This document shows positions 18,092 to 28,866 of a stretch of DNA of 64,000 nt, piece by piece. The stretch lies in the IMG/VR virus record IMGVR_UViG_3300031949_000010. One strand, written 5' to 3'. Below the pieces are notes generated by a model. It was given only the letters and a program-made list of their open reading frames with translations, was not told the origin of the DNA and did no database searches. The stretch is from a virus. Made by a program: the position numbers and the translations under genes. Position 1 is the first letter of the stretch. Every line of letters begins with the position of its first letter.

Positions 18092-18526
18092 ATGCCCAAG
18101 AAGCGCAAGTTGCCCCCTGAACTCAATTTTCCGCCCGACATCTTCTGGATCTCTCCGGAAGGCACCATTCGGTCGGTGATCGGCCACCTCACGGCGATCC
18201 GTGCCAAGCCTAGTGTCTACGGCTTCCACGCAGCGCCGGAAACCAAGCGGGAGGTCGAGGAGGCCCTGGACTTACTCTTCCGAGAGGGTTGGGTCCGAGG
18301 CCGCTGGAGCGGCTCGGGGCTGTTCAGTTTCCAGATGGAGCGCCCGCGCGGGCTTCCGATGGGATGGGCCTTCGAGATGGTTCAGCGGTATCAGGCGCAC
18401 GCGAAGGAAGTCGAGGTCGACTTCTGGGATCCCGGGTCCAAGGGGCTGTCGAAGTCGATGTCGGCCGAGGAATTCTTGAGGCATGAATTCCCCAAGCATT
18501 GGGGTCTTGGCAGCGATTCAGAGTAG
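18092..18526 (+). CDS. FWISPxG...H...GWVR...FPxHWGLG protein, tandem paralog 2
   Basis: Aligns with 17530..17958. Confidence 0.75.
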   Translation: MPKKRKLPPELNFPPDIFWISPEGTIRSVIGHLTAIRAKPSVYGFHAAPETKREVEEALDLLFREGWVRGRWSGSGLFSFQMERPRGLPMGWAFEMVQRYQAHAKEVEVDFWDPGSKGLSKSMSAEEFLRHEFPKHWGLGSDSE

Positions 18527-19722
18527 ATGCACTATGGCACCGGAAGTTAGGCGGGCGATTGCGGGCGCGATGGTCAAGGATGCCTTCGAGTCGCTTCGCC
18601 TGCCCGAGCTCCATGACGTCTTGATTAGCTCGATCGCGTACGGGTTCGAGGCGACGAAAGATCTCCTCAGAGAGATCCGGAAGGCCGCGAAGCCAGCGCT
18701 CGAGGTTGAGCGGGAGGCCTTCGGCTCCTACTTCACCTTTACCAGGGCGCACAGAGGGAACTAGAATGGGCCGTCCCGGGCACCATAGCGTCATGAAGAC
18801 CCTGTTCTGCATCGTGTCCTGGCATCGTGAGGGCCGGGATCTCTCGTTCTGGGATGGCACCGCATTTGGCGCGAGCGCTCGTGCCGAGTTCTTCGAGTCG
18901 CGAAAGGACGCGTTCGCATCCCTCAAGAATGCCCGTTCAAGCCACGCCAGGATGCCTGACGCGGCTGAGTTTTTCAAGCCGAACATTCTCAACGTGGAGG
19001 CCTACAACAAGAAGTTCGGGAAGAGCATCGGTCCAAAGCCAAAGCCAAACCTCAAGACCGTCAAGACGAGCTTGGACTGGAAGACGGGCATTCTTACCCG
19101 GACCGAATGCTAGAAAGGCGAATATGCCTCACGTGACGTTCAGGACCGACAGTGATCGGGGAACGTTTGAAATGTTCGTCGACGGGAAATACGTCGGCGA
19201 CATCACCGAAGAGCAGGCTGCGGAGATCATTGAGCGGCTCCAGGAACTGCTCGACGACTAGCAACTTTGGAGGTCTGTGATGGCCAGACGTAGGCATGGA
19301 CGACGTAAAAGTCCGTGGAAGGCGAAGCACTGGGCCAGCTATCGGCCGTCTGCGAGCGATCGCCCGACCCAGGCAATCCCATTCCTCTTCAAGCCGGAGG
19401 TCCGGCTGGCGATGAGGTTGATGGGTGCGCTCGCCGAGTATGCTTTGGAGACGGTCTTTCCGCACTTGTCGCCGAGGTTGCTTCCGCATCCAGAGGCTTT
19501 GGAACCTGTCCGCACATTGATCGACGAGCGCCAGCTTGGGCGCTCTGAAGTTGTTCGTGAGATCGCGAACCCAAAGCAAAGTTAGCATGGATACATCTCA
19601 CCGCGATAGCCGCGCTGGAGCCCGGCGCTCGGCGGACTTTCGAGATGGGCCTTCGGCCCCGAGTCGTAGACCGGAGCGGAGGGGATGGGCTCCCGCCGCA
19701 CGGCCAAACTTGAGGTAACCGA

Positions 19723-20109
19723 ATGAACGTGCCCGTGAAGCATACGCCTGGGCCATGGACATGGTGGAACGTCGGCGGCGGCCCGGTGCTCGCGACGCCT
19801 GACCGCGGCCGGCTGATCGTTATGGACTTCGCCCGAAAGGGCATGAACGGTGCGCAGCCGCGCTTCTCAATCTGGGATGGGCTCGATCGCGAGCGGCTCG
19901 GCGGTGTCATGAAGTCTGCAGAGGTTCTCGATCTCGGCAAGCATCCAGACGCGCGCCTGATTGCGGCAGCGCCTGAGTTGCTGGAGTCGCTCAAGGACCT
20001 CCTCCAGATGATCGAGGTAGACCAATTGATTCCGGAGTCTGTCAGCTACATGAAGCGGGCGCGAGAAGCGGTTATGGCCGCAGAGTGCGCAGAGCGAGCT
20101 CCACTGTGA
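19723..20109 (+). CDS. Phage-type HTPGPW...ARLIAAAPELL protein (128 aa)
   Basis: Both signature motifs of this common phage hypothetical family are present. Confidence 0.75.
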   Translation: MNVPVKHTPGPWTWWNVGGGPVLATPDRGRLIVMDFARKGMNGAQPRFSIWDGLDRERLGGVMKSAEVLDLGKHPDARLIAAAPELLESLKDLLQMIEVDQLIPESVSYMKRAREAVMAAECAERAPL

Positions 20110-20195
20110 TGCCCCGGCTAGGCGCTGTAGCCCTAAACCAGCGGCCCTCTCTCATCCAGAGCGCCTTGGTGGGCAAGCCGCAGGGCATCACAGTG
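20102..20195. other. Long stem-loop (13+5+7 bp), candidate structured RNA or processing site
   Basis: cactgtgatgccc 20102-14 / gggcatcacagtg 20183-95; cggct/agccg; aggcgct/agcgcct. Confidence 0.6.
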
Positions 20196-22533
20196 AAGTT
20201 CGCGGAATAAGGATTTCGCGGCGTGGAGGTCGTATTGATGGACCCCTTGGACTCGTTGGCGGGCCTGGTGGAGCGGTGCGACGCCCTCGCGGCAAGGTAC
20301 GCGGCCCGCTACCACACGGGCTGCGAATGGCACGTCCTTGACGAGCCAGAGGGCGTCGCCTTCATCGTGAGGCGGCTCCCCGGCGAGGCCGGGTGGAGGA
20401 TATGCTGCCAATCTAGGGACGGCGCGGAGAAGGCCTTGAACGGCTGCCAGCTCTGGGCCAAGGTGCTCTTCCTCCGATGGGTCCAGGACTTCTTCATCCA
20501 CTACAGGAAGAAGGGCGAGGAGTTGTGGGCCCAGATAGAAACGGTCGTTCCCCAGGCAGAGAAGACGCTTGTACGCCTCGAGGGCCTGGCTGCGGTCGCC
20601 ACGCCGGAGGGCAAGGCGGTCGCGGAAGGGGTCCAAGAATTTCGACGCCAACTCAATGAGTCCGTTGGGCTCTTGGAGAGGGCCTTGGCCGGCCACAATT
20701 GCGATGATAAGTCCGGTGCGTGTTGGCATTACAAGGCAAGGACACTGGTAATAGACCTGGGGCTTGGTGACGTCACAGAATGAGGATATGGCGAAAAGGA
20801 AGGACGTGGGCACGTACATGGAAGCCACTGAACGGGCCAACGAGCCGAGGCTGACCTGCAGGGGTTGCGGGCACGAGGAGACAGTCCGCTGCCCCCTTCC
20901 TGTGGATCAGATGATCGACATCGTCAACGGCTTCAATCGGCGGCATGCACAGTGCAGAGGCGAGGAGGATCCGCTGAATTTACAGACTGTAATGTTGGCG
21001 AGAAAGAAAAGGCCTCGGCTCTCAGAATAGCAATGGAGATGAACCAGTGAAACACGACGATAAGAGCGCCCACATCGTAGCCGAGCACCATAAGAGCGAA
21101 GTGGACGCCGCAACCACCTTGATGGACAAGGCGATCGAGTCCACAGCGCATCGTGACTATGTCCACGCGATCGAACTTCTAAAGTGCTCCATCGACCACT
21201 TGCATGCGGCTGAGATCATTCAGCGGATCTTGAAGGACCTCGGGCGTGCAATTGCTGAAAGGTAGAGCAATGAAAGTCCACGAGCGGACGCCAGCGGTCA
21301 CAAAAGTGCGGCTAGAGATCTCTGAGTTCATCTGCAAGTTGATGGAGCGGGAACCGCTTACCCATGTGGAGTTGAACCAAGTTCTACTCGAGGAAGCCAT
21401 TTCCTGGAACAAGTTCGCGCTTCGAGAGGAGAGGCATCCTGACAGGCGTGACAAGGGCGCGGCCGAGGCGTAGCACACGGAATAGCCAGGAGGAGTTATG
21501 GAGATCAGGATCAAGGTGAATCGCAAAGGCATCCGGGCACTCTCGAACCCCCACGGAAAGATATTCTGCTGCGCCATCTTCCGGGAGAACGGCAGTCTGG
21601 GCCCGACCACAGCTAAGGACATCCAAGACGTCATCACGTGGACAAAGCGGGAGGTCGAAGGCTTCCTTAAGATGGCCAAGAAGAAGCGTGCATAGAATAG
21701 CCAAATGATAACTCTGGTAGTATTCGCGGGCATCTATCTTGCGTGTGGTTTTGTGATGTGCTGGCAGACCAAGCTCCCCTACTGGTGGACGCCTATCGCA
21801 CCGGCCTTGGCTATCTGGGGTCTTTTCATCTTCGTTCACCGCGATCTGTGGCTCCGGATTACAGGTCGGAGAAAGCAGGCTGAACAAGAGTGGGCTAAGT
21901 CATTCATGGAAGTCCACGATTCCGAGACGCGCAAAACGGAGATCAAATGAGGTTGCGGTATAAACGCTGCCCGTGCTGCCACTGGGGAGGGTTCCTCCTC
22001 GACGCATTCATCTTCATTGGCGTTTCTCGCTGGTGGGCCTCAACCGGCTTTCCATTCTTAGAGGCGGCGCACAGGTTCATGAATGGCAGAGAATAGGCGA
22101 AAAGACCGTGAAGAAGCCGCGTCATAGAATTCCTGCCTGCGGCTTGGTAAAGGAATCCTCTATGATCTGCAAAAAGTGTCATGAGTCATTCGGCTGCGGG
22201 GTTTCCCATGGCATTCTTTGGCAGAGTGTATGTGTCGTCTGCGGGCAGAATGGTGACTGCCTATCGTGCCCACTCCCAAAAGAGTTAAGACCCTCAAAAC
22301 AGCCAGTAGCCAAACGGTGATCGTATGTACAGAAGCTTAAAAGAACCTGCGGTCCCGGAGAGGCTGACCGGAGTGAGCTCATGGGACTTCATGAGAGATT
22401 TCTGCGAATGGCGGTGCAATGGAAGCGCAGATTACCCTCCGTGTTCAAGTTGCGTCCAAGAAGCCTTGGCAAAGATCCTGGCGGCCGCGCGTGATCGGGT
22501 CGAGCATGGGTCTGACAAAAGGTGAGGTGAGAT

Positions 22534-22968
22534 ATGTCCGACCTTGAGCACCTACATCAGCCGAAGGATGCCGGTATTCCGGAGGCACCTCCTGGGGTGC
22601 CGGCGCCTGAGCCGGAAGTGGTAGCGAAGCAACCAGAGGCCAAGCAAAGCCCGTTCGACTGCCTCATGGTGACTGCGGAGGAAGCCGATCGGATAGCCAA
22701 GATCCAAAGGGTGGAAACGCCAGCCGACGCCTTGGCCGAGCCAGAGCAGGAAGACCCTGAAGAGGACAGTGGCACCATTCTCGTGGAGGAAGTCGCCAAG
22801 ATATGCAAGGCGATCGAACGCCTCGCAAAAAGGGGGCTAAACATGCGGGCAGTGATCGCACTGCTTCACGACTCCAACCCGACGATCCCGAAGAAACACA
22901 TCAAGACGGTTCTCGAGGGGCTTCGGGAGTTGCCGGTAATCTACGGGCACCAATCGGCGAAACGGTGA
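22534..22968 (+). CDS. Phage hypothetical protein (acidic N-term; GLNMRAVIALLHD motif)
   Basis: SD gaggtgag; C-terminal motif recalled from phage proteins. Confidence 0.7.
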   Translation: MSDLEHLHQPKDAGIPEAPPGVPAPEPEVVAKQPEAKQSPFDCLMVTAEEADRIAKIQRVETPADALAEPEQEDPEEDSGTILVEEVAKICKAIERLAKRGLNMRAVIALLHDSNPTIPKKHIKTVLEGLRELPVIYGHQSAKR

Positions 22969-23294
22969 CCCAGTGAGAATCGGCTTGTTTTGCAGTTGTG
23001 GCGCAGGGCTCGAAGGAGAACTGCCGGATTCTGCGGTCGATAGGTTGATCGCAATCTGGCGAGAGTGCCACCAGGGCCCTGGACACGGATCCTGCACGAA
23101 AAGGCAGGCTACCGAGGCAATGAAGAAAGCCGAGCTTTTGGACCTCCAGAGCAGACTGAGAATGAATCCTTGAACCACATTCTCCCACTACAGATGGGGT
23201 GGACACCGCCGGCGGGGACCAAAGCCCCGCCGGCGTGGCCTGCGCCATCAGGAGGCACTGGAATGGATCTCGACGACCCAAGGCAAAGGCAACC

Positions 23295-25091
23295 GTGAGT
23301 AAGATCTCCATTGGCAAGGCACCGGACGGGAGTACGGTCTACGCGGACCTGGACGTCTTGAGCCGCACGCGGGCGCTCATCCAGGCGAGCTCTGGCGGGG
23401 GGAAATCCTTCCTGATCCGGCGCCTGGCCGAGCAGATCTTCGGAAAGATACCGGAGTTCATCGTCGACGAAGAGGGCGAGTTCCCCTCGCTCCGCTGCGA
23501 GAAGTTCCCGTTCGTCCTCGTGGGAAAGGGAGGGGACACGCCGGCGGATCCCCGGTCGGCTCAGATCCTAGCGCACCGCCTCCTCGAGCACCGGGCCTCC
23601 GCGATCTTCGACCTCTCCGAGCTCAAACCTCAGGTTCGGCACCACTGGGTGCGGCTGTTCTTCGAAGCCCTCGTCGAGTCGCCGCGGGCTCTCTGGACGC
23701 CCGTCATCGTCTTCCTGGACGAGGCGCACCACTACGCGCCCGAGAAGGGCGACAGCGAAGCGCGCGGTGCCGTGGTCGACGCCGCCACCCGAGGCCGGAA
23801 GCGCGGAATCTGCCTCATCCCCGCGACGCAGCGCCTCGCGAAGCTCTCGAAGGACGTGAGCGGAGAGCTCCTCAACCGCTTGATTGGACCGACCTTCGAG
23901 GACCTGGACATCGAACGCGCGGCCGACCTCCTCTCGATCGTGAAGGCCGAGAAGGCCGACTTCGCCAAGTCGATGCGCGTCCTCGCGCCTGGCAACTTCC
24001 AACTCCTGGGACGGGCCTTTGGAACGGAGCGCATCCAGGTGAAAGTCGGGCCCGTCGAGACGACCCCCCCCGAGCTCGGGCGATCGAAGCGTATGCTCGC
24101 CCCGCCCCCGCCGCCCGAGAAGATCAAGGCCTTCCTCCCGAAGCTTCAGGATCTACCGAAGGAGGCGGAGGAGAAGGCGAAGACGGAGGCCGAACTACGT
24201 GCCGAGATCCGATCACTCAAGACCCAACTCGCCGTCAAGCCGACGGGCTCGGTCATCGCCAAGCCTACAGAGAAGGCGGCGACCCTCAGGATTGAGGTTC
24301 CAGTCGTCAAGCCAGCCGAGCTCCTGCGGGTGGAGAAGGCCATGGGCCGCGCTGTTGAGGCGGCGAACCGAGCTCAGGAGGCCGCGGGCCACCTCAGGGG
24401 CTTCTCGGATCTGATCCAAGAGCGGATCGCGTCGGTCGATAAGAAGCAACGACAGACTGACGCGTCGAGGATCCGCGCAGCCGTCACCGAAGTCCGGGTA
24501 CCCCGGGTACCCCTTAAAACGCCTCTGGAACGGCCCCAGACCGTCAAGAAACCGGCGAATATTATTCACGCCGAAAAAGCGCCCCAGGATGGCCAGGGAA
24601 CGACTCCTGCGCAGGGACGCATCCTGAACGCTTTGTCGGACTTCTACTCGATCGGCCGGTCCGAGGTGCCGAGGACATGGGTCGCCGCCCGCGCGGGCGC
24701 AAGCCATCGCTCCGGTGGCTTCAAGAACAACCTGGGGAGGCTCCGCGCCTTGGGCTTAATCGACTACGGCGGCGCCGGCACCGTCCACCTGACGGAGGCC
24801 GGCCTAGATGCGGCGCCCCCGCCGGACCGCCCCAGCACGACCGAGGCCATGCTGCAGAGTTGCGTCAAGGTGCTCTCTCCGGCGCAGGAACGGATCCTGC
24901 GAGCGGTCTTCGACGCCTTTCCTGGCGTGCTCGTCCGGGAGGATCTCGCGGCCGCCGTCGGGGCCTCGTCGACGTCCGGGGGCTTCAAGAACAACCTGGG
25001 CGCGCTACGGTCGGCTGGCATGATCGAGTACCAGCAGGGCGGCGTGAAATGCGCCAACTGGATCTTCGTGGAAGAGAGGGCCACGGCATGA
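23295..25091 (+). CDS. HerA/DUF87-like P-loop ATPase with two C-terminal winged-helix repeats (598 aa)
   Basis: Walker A ASSGGGKS, Walker B IVFLDEAH, GRKRG..LI.ATQR; SGGFKNNLG.LR..G.I.Y occurs twice. Confidence 0.88.
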   Translation: MSKISIGKAPDGSTVYADLDVLSRTRALIQASSGGGKSFLIRRLAEQIFGKIPEFIVDEEGEFPSLRCEKFPFVLVGKGGDTPADPRSAQILAHRLLEHRASAIFDLSELKPQVRHHWVRLFFEALVESPRALWTPVIVFLDEAHHYAPEKGDSEARGAVVDAATRGRKRGICLIPATQRLAKLSKDVSGELLNRLIGPTFEDLDIERAADLLSIVKAEKADFAKSMRVLAPGNFQLLGRAFGTERIQVKVGPVETTPPELGRSKRMLAPPPPPEKIKAFLPKLQDLPKEAEEKAKTEAELRAEIRSLKTQLAVKPTGSVIAKPTEKAATLRIEVPVVKPAELLRVEKAMGRAVEAANRAQEAAGHLRGFSDLIQERIASVDKKQRQTDASRIRAAVTEVRVPRVPLKTPLERPQTVKKPANIIHAEKAPQDGQGTTPAQGRILNALSDFYSIGRSEVPRTWVAARAGASHRSGGFKNNLGRLRALGLIDYGGAGTVHLTEAGLDAAPPPDRPSTTEAMLQSCVKVLSPAQERILRAVFDAFPGVLVREDLAAAVGASSTSGGFKNNLGALRSAGMIEYQQGGVKCANWIFVEERATA

Positions 25092-25294
25092 ACAGGGTCG
25101 GCGACATGGAGATTGGCCATGATACATTTCGTGGCGGCTGGCGGGTCTATGTGCTCTACAAAGACCAGATCATCTACTTCCAGGAGACCGGAAAGCACGA
25201 ACAGACCGCAAAAGTGCGGGCCGCATTCCTCTCCAGCATGATCGCGGCGCTCGTCGAGGACGAAAGGCGAAAGCCGAGCTCCCTGGAGCCCTGA
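25088..25294 (+). CDS. Small hypothetical protein (68 aa)
   Basis: ATGA overlap with the ATPase. Confidence 0.55.
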   Translation: MNRVGDMEIGHDTFRGGWRVYVLYKDQIIYFQETGKHEQTAKVRAAFLSSMIAALVEDERRKPSSLEP

Positions 25295-25313
25295 TGCCGC
25301 AACATTTGGAGAC

Positions 25314-26177
25314 ATGATGGCGAAAAAGCCCGCGCACAAGAAGAAGACCTGCATGAACCCGAATTGTGGGCGAGAGTTCATCCCCGGCCACTATGGGGAC
25401 AAGCAGAAGGTCTGCTCGGGCAACTACATAGCCCAGTGCCGGCATTGCAAGGGAAAGGAGTGCCGAAAGTGCGGCGGCGCCGGCTCGTATACGGAATCCT
25501 GCAAGGCCTGGTACAGGCAGCATTGGGGCCAGACGAGGAGCGTGCCGAGGGGGATCCCGGACATCGACTTCCAGAAGATCCTGAGCCGCCTGAAGGCGGA
25601 CCTTTTTTGGTGGAGCTACTTCGTCGTGGCTCGGGAAAGCGCCCTCCGGAAAGGAGAGCAACTCGGGCTCTCCTGGTCCGACGTGCTCGATGGGGAGGGC
25701 GTCCGGAGTTCGTTTGTCGTCCGTGGCCAGTGGAAGGACCGCCAGGGATTCAGGCCGACGAAGACAGGAGACGGCAAGATCGCTTTCCTTATGGGGCCCG
25801 CCCGCAAGGCCCTGCAGGTCCTCCGGAGGACCATGAAGAAAGACGACGGGTGGGCCTCCCGCCGGATCTGGGACGTGACAAAGTCGTCCGTCTGGGCTAA
25901 GTGGACGACCCTCCAACGGGGGCTCGGAATCACGAACCCGGATAGCCACGAGCCTTATCGCGTCCACGACATCCGCCACACGGCGGCGCTCCGGACCTGG
26001 CGTGCGACCCGGGACATCACGCGGGCCCAGAAGCTCCTCGGCCACAAGAGCCTCTCCACGACGACGATCTACACCCAGGAGCGCCCGGAGGACTTCGTGA
26101 GCGACCTCGAGAAGGCCCTAGAGAAGGGGAACGGAAAGGCCAGGAAGGCAAAGCGCAAGGGGAAGGGGAGAAGATGA
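25314..26177 (+). CDS. Tyrosine recombinase catalytic domain with Cys-rich N-terminus
   Basis: R (ALRKGEQL), K (RPTKT), HxxR (VHDIRH), LLGH, TTTIY. Confidence 0.88.
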   Translation: MMAKKPAHKKKTCMNPNCGREFIPGHYGDKQKVCSGNYIAQCRHCKGKECRKCGGAGSYTESCKAWYRQHWGQTRSVPRGIPDIDFQKILSRLKADLFWWSYFVVARESALRKGEQLGLSWSDVLDGEGVRSSFVVRGQWKDRQGFRPTKTGDGKIAFLMGPARKALQVLRRTMKKDDGWASRRIWDVTKSSVWAKWTTLQRGLGITNPDSHEPYRVHDIRHTAALRTWRATRDITRAQKLLGHKSLSTTTIYTQERPEDFVSDLEKALEKGNGKARKAKRKGKGRR

Positions 26178-26364
26178 TAGACGAGAAGAGCCTCGAGTCC
26201 AAGGCAAAGGCCTACGCCGGCGGCGTCGTTCGGACGCTGAAGGAGGGTCGGCCAGAGGGCGCGAAGTGGCCCGATGTTGAGCGGCTGACCGAGGCCGCAT
26301 ACTTCAACGGCTTCCAGTCCGGGGTGTGCTGGCAGAAAGAGCAGTTCCCGAGGAAGGCCAAATA

Positions 26365-27192
26365 ATGGCCAGAGCAAACGGACGCCCAATAGAGTTGTAC
26401 GGTGAGGAGAAAGCGCTCTTCGAGCTCCTGAAGAAGCGCTATCCGGCGCCGGCGTGGGCGTGCATTCCTCAGGTCGCCAACGGGACGGGAGCGCATGTCC
26501 GACGGTGGGCGGATGCAATTGCCCTATGCTGCTATCCGTCGATGGGCCTTGAACTCCACGGCTTCGAGATTAAGACACACCGCTCCGACTGGCTACGGGA
26601 GCTCCAGAACGGAGAAAAGTCTCAAGCGGTCTGGCAGTTCTGCGACCGCTGGTGGATTGTTGTGGCCGATAAGGCAATCGTAGCCCCTGGTGAGCTCCCA
26701 AAGACTTGGGGGCTTCTCGCTCCAAAAGGGGGGAGACTCTATACTGAAACGCCGGCGCCAGCGCTCAAACCACGAGCGCCCACAAAGACCTTCGTTGCTT
26801 CTGTGCTGCGAAACGCCATGGGAGTCTGTGTCCCTGATGCGTTTATCGCAAACGAATTCAAGCGCGGCAGGGACGATGGGCTCAAGGAAGGTGCCGACCG
26901 AGCAAAGTACGACCTCGATGAAATCAAGAAGAAGTTGTCGGCCACGGAAGCTGCTATCCAATCCTTCGAAAAAACCTCCGGTCTGAAGTTTCCAAATGTG
27001 TGCGCATGGATGGGCAGTCACTCTGACCATGAGGCCTTCGGCGCTGCCGTCCGGCAGGTCCTAGCCGGGCAAGATGGAGCCCTCCTGAACCGATTACTCT
27101 CCGTTCGGGACAAGGCGAGGGCTCTTGCTGACGAAGTGGACAAGAAGTTAGCGGAGGCGTCAGAGCCAGTCGCTAGTGGAGGTGGGCAATGA
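26365..27192 (+). CDS. MmcB-like PD-(D/E)xK nuclease
   Basis: RRWADAIAL...LHGFEIKTHRSDWLRELQ..EKS.....CDRWWIV. Confidence 0.8.
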   Translation: MARANGRPIELYGEEKALFELLKKRYPAPAWACIPQVANGTGAHVRRWADAIALCCYPSMGLELHGFEIKTHRSDWLRELQNGEKSQAVWQFCDRWWIVVADKAIVAPGELPKTWGLLAPKGGRLYTETPAPALKPRAPTKTFVASVLRNAMGVCVPDAFIANEFKRGRDDGLKEGADRAKYDLDEIKKKLSATEAAIQSFEKTSGLKFPNVCAWMGSHSDHEAFGAAVRQVLAGQDGALLNRLLSVRDKARALADEVDKKLAEASEPVASGGGQ

Positions 27193-27545
27193 TCTGGATC
27201 GCGATGGGTTGCCTGCTCGTGGCTAATGTGGGGCTCCTGCTCAGGCTGCGGCGCCTTGAGCGACGCGTAGAGGCCAACGCCGATAGGCCCTTCGTGGCCC
27301 CGCCGGCATCGATCGAAGAATTGCTCACAAACTCCCGGATCTCAGGAGACAGCAGGGACTTCGTGGCCGTACCGCCATCGGCCGAAGAAGTACGGCAGCC
27401 CATGGATCGGATGGCCGGGGCCACCACCCCTGAGCAAGTTGCACTCGAGCGTTTGGTCGCCCTAAGGCGGCGACTGGAGGACGAGCGGTACGAGCGGGAG
27501 TTGGCAGCGCTCAGAGGGCAACTCGATCTTACGGGGAGAAGATAG
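27189..27545 (+). CDS. N-terminally anchored membrane protein (118 aa)
   Basis: MIWIAMGCLLVANVGLLLRL, then charged helix. Confidence 0.6.
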   Translation: MIWIAMGCLLVANVGLLLRLRRLERRVEANADRPFVAPPASIEELLTNSRISGDSRDFVAVPPSAEEVRQPMDRMAGATTPEQVALERLVALRRRLEDERYERELAALRGQLDLTGRR

Positions 27546-27574
27546 AAACCTAGTTCTGTGCCGAAGGAGGGCAA

Positions 27575-28864
27575 ATGAAGACGGCAGAATGGTTCTTGGG
27601 CAGGATGCAGGGCGAAAAGACGGAGGCTGAGCGTGTGAAAGTGATTGGAGTGATTCGGGAAATCCAGGCGGACGCCTTGAGGGCCGCGGCAGAATTCTCG
27701 TTCACCGAGCGCGAATTCAGTCTTGCCGCACAGCTCGTAGACGCGGCACGTTCAATCGAGGCCCTTGGGATCTCGCCCACTCCCGTCCCGGCCTAGCGGA
27801 TGGCTCGAATGGGCGATTTCACGGCGGGGGGATAGCGATGGATAGAGGTGTTTTTGCGATGGCGCGCGTGCGAGCGGCAGAACTCGTGGGGCGTCAAAAG
27901 TTGTGGGAGATCACCACGGCCTTTCGCGCTATCCGAATCAAGAACGACGTCACCCGCGAGATCTACAAGGCTGTGATGAAGGATAGGTTGACGCAGAAGA
28001 GGTAGAGGATGACCGAGGTTGAGGTAGTCGCGGAGGTCGCCGAGACCGTCGCGCGGTGGATTCGTAATGGCCCTCCGAAATGCGGCAAGTGTGGGAAGTC
28101 GCCAGAGATGAAACTCAAGGTTCATCCAGACTGGCAGGACGACATGGATAGCGGAGACGCCTTCCGCTTGGCCGTGGAATGGGAGGGCGACTGGACTGGC
28201 TGGCTGAAATGGTCTAGCGACGGCTCAACACCGGGCGGTCGACCCAAGGGGAGTGGCCATGAGTGTCCGGGTTGTCGGAAGGAATAGTCTGATGACGAGA
28301 CTAGCCGCCAACCTCTGTAGCGAGTGTGGGGCGATTCTGCCCGCCCACCACTTCTCGTGTCACCAGATCGTCGGTACGAAGGATGAGATCCGGGTGTACC
28401 TCCAGGCCGAGAACGCCAAGCTCCGCGCCGAGGTGGACGGCTGGAAGGCAATGGCGGGCGTCAGGCTCGATGAGATGCTCCTCGCGCAGCAGGAGAGGGA
28501 CGCCACGTTTCTTCAGGTCCGTGAAATGATGGACGCCCTATCCCAAGCCGCCGTTGCGATGGAGACGGTGGAATGCCACGGCCAGCATGAAGACTGTACC
28601 CGCTGTGAGCGTATCCGGTGGCTTCGGGCTAAGTCCAAAAAGCCAGAACATGATGCCCTTCGACTTGGGGAGTCAAGGAACCTGACCTATCCAAGGCCGA
28701 TTAGCGACGATGACGCGACAAAGCAGGACCCAGCCAGAGAGGCCTGGAACGCCCGCACAGACGATCCGAAGGACACACAAAAGCAGAAGTGCCTAAAGTG
28801 CGGCTCCGAATCTCTGACGGAAGGTGGGACTTGTCGGGCTTGTGCGTTAGATCGTGAGGTCTGA
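27575..28864 (+). other. Small hypothetical ORFs 27575-27796, 27838-28005, 28009-28287 (CxxC), 28292-28864 (CxxC, coiled coil)
   Basis: Co-oriented packed ORFs. Confidence 0.55.
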
Positions 28865-28866
28865 AC

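Larger units (their letters stand above)
18534..23173 (+). other. Run of small hypothetical ORFs (18534-18764, 18766-19113, 19124-19261, 19277-19585, 20223-20783, 20764-21030, 21047-21265, 21246-21473, 21498-21695, 21705-21950 membrane, 22325-22525, 22973-23173)
   Basis: Co-oriented, coupled starts and stops, plausible SD sites. Confidence 0.55.

Noticed and set aside
19588-19720. Multi-hairpin segment or 43-60 aa ORF, considered as an ncRNA or tRNA-like element
   Set aside because: Stems are only 4-6 bp in GC-rich DNA, and no tRNA consensus is present; expected by chance.
23295-25091. ATPase as the genome-packaging motor
   Set aside because: Its length, coiled-coil linker, wHTH repeats and early-gene context fit HerA/DUF87 better than the short A32/P9 type; not fully excluded.
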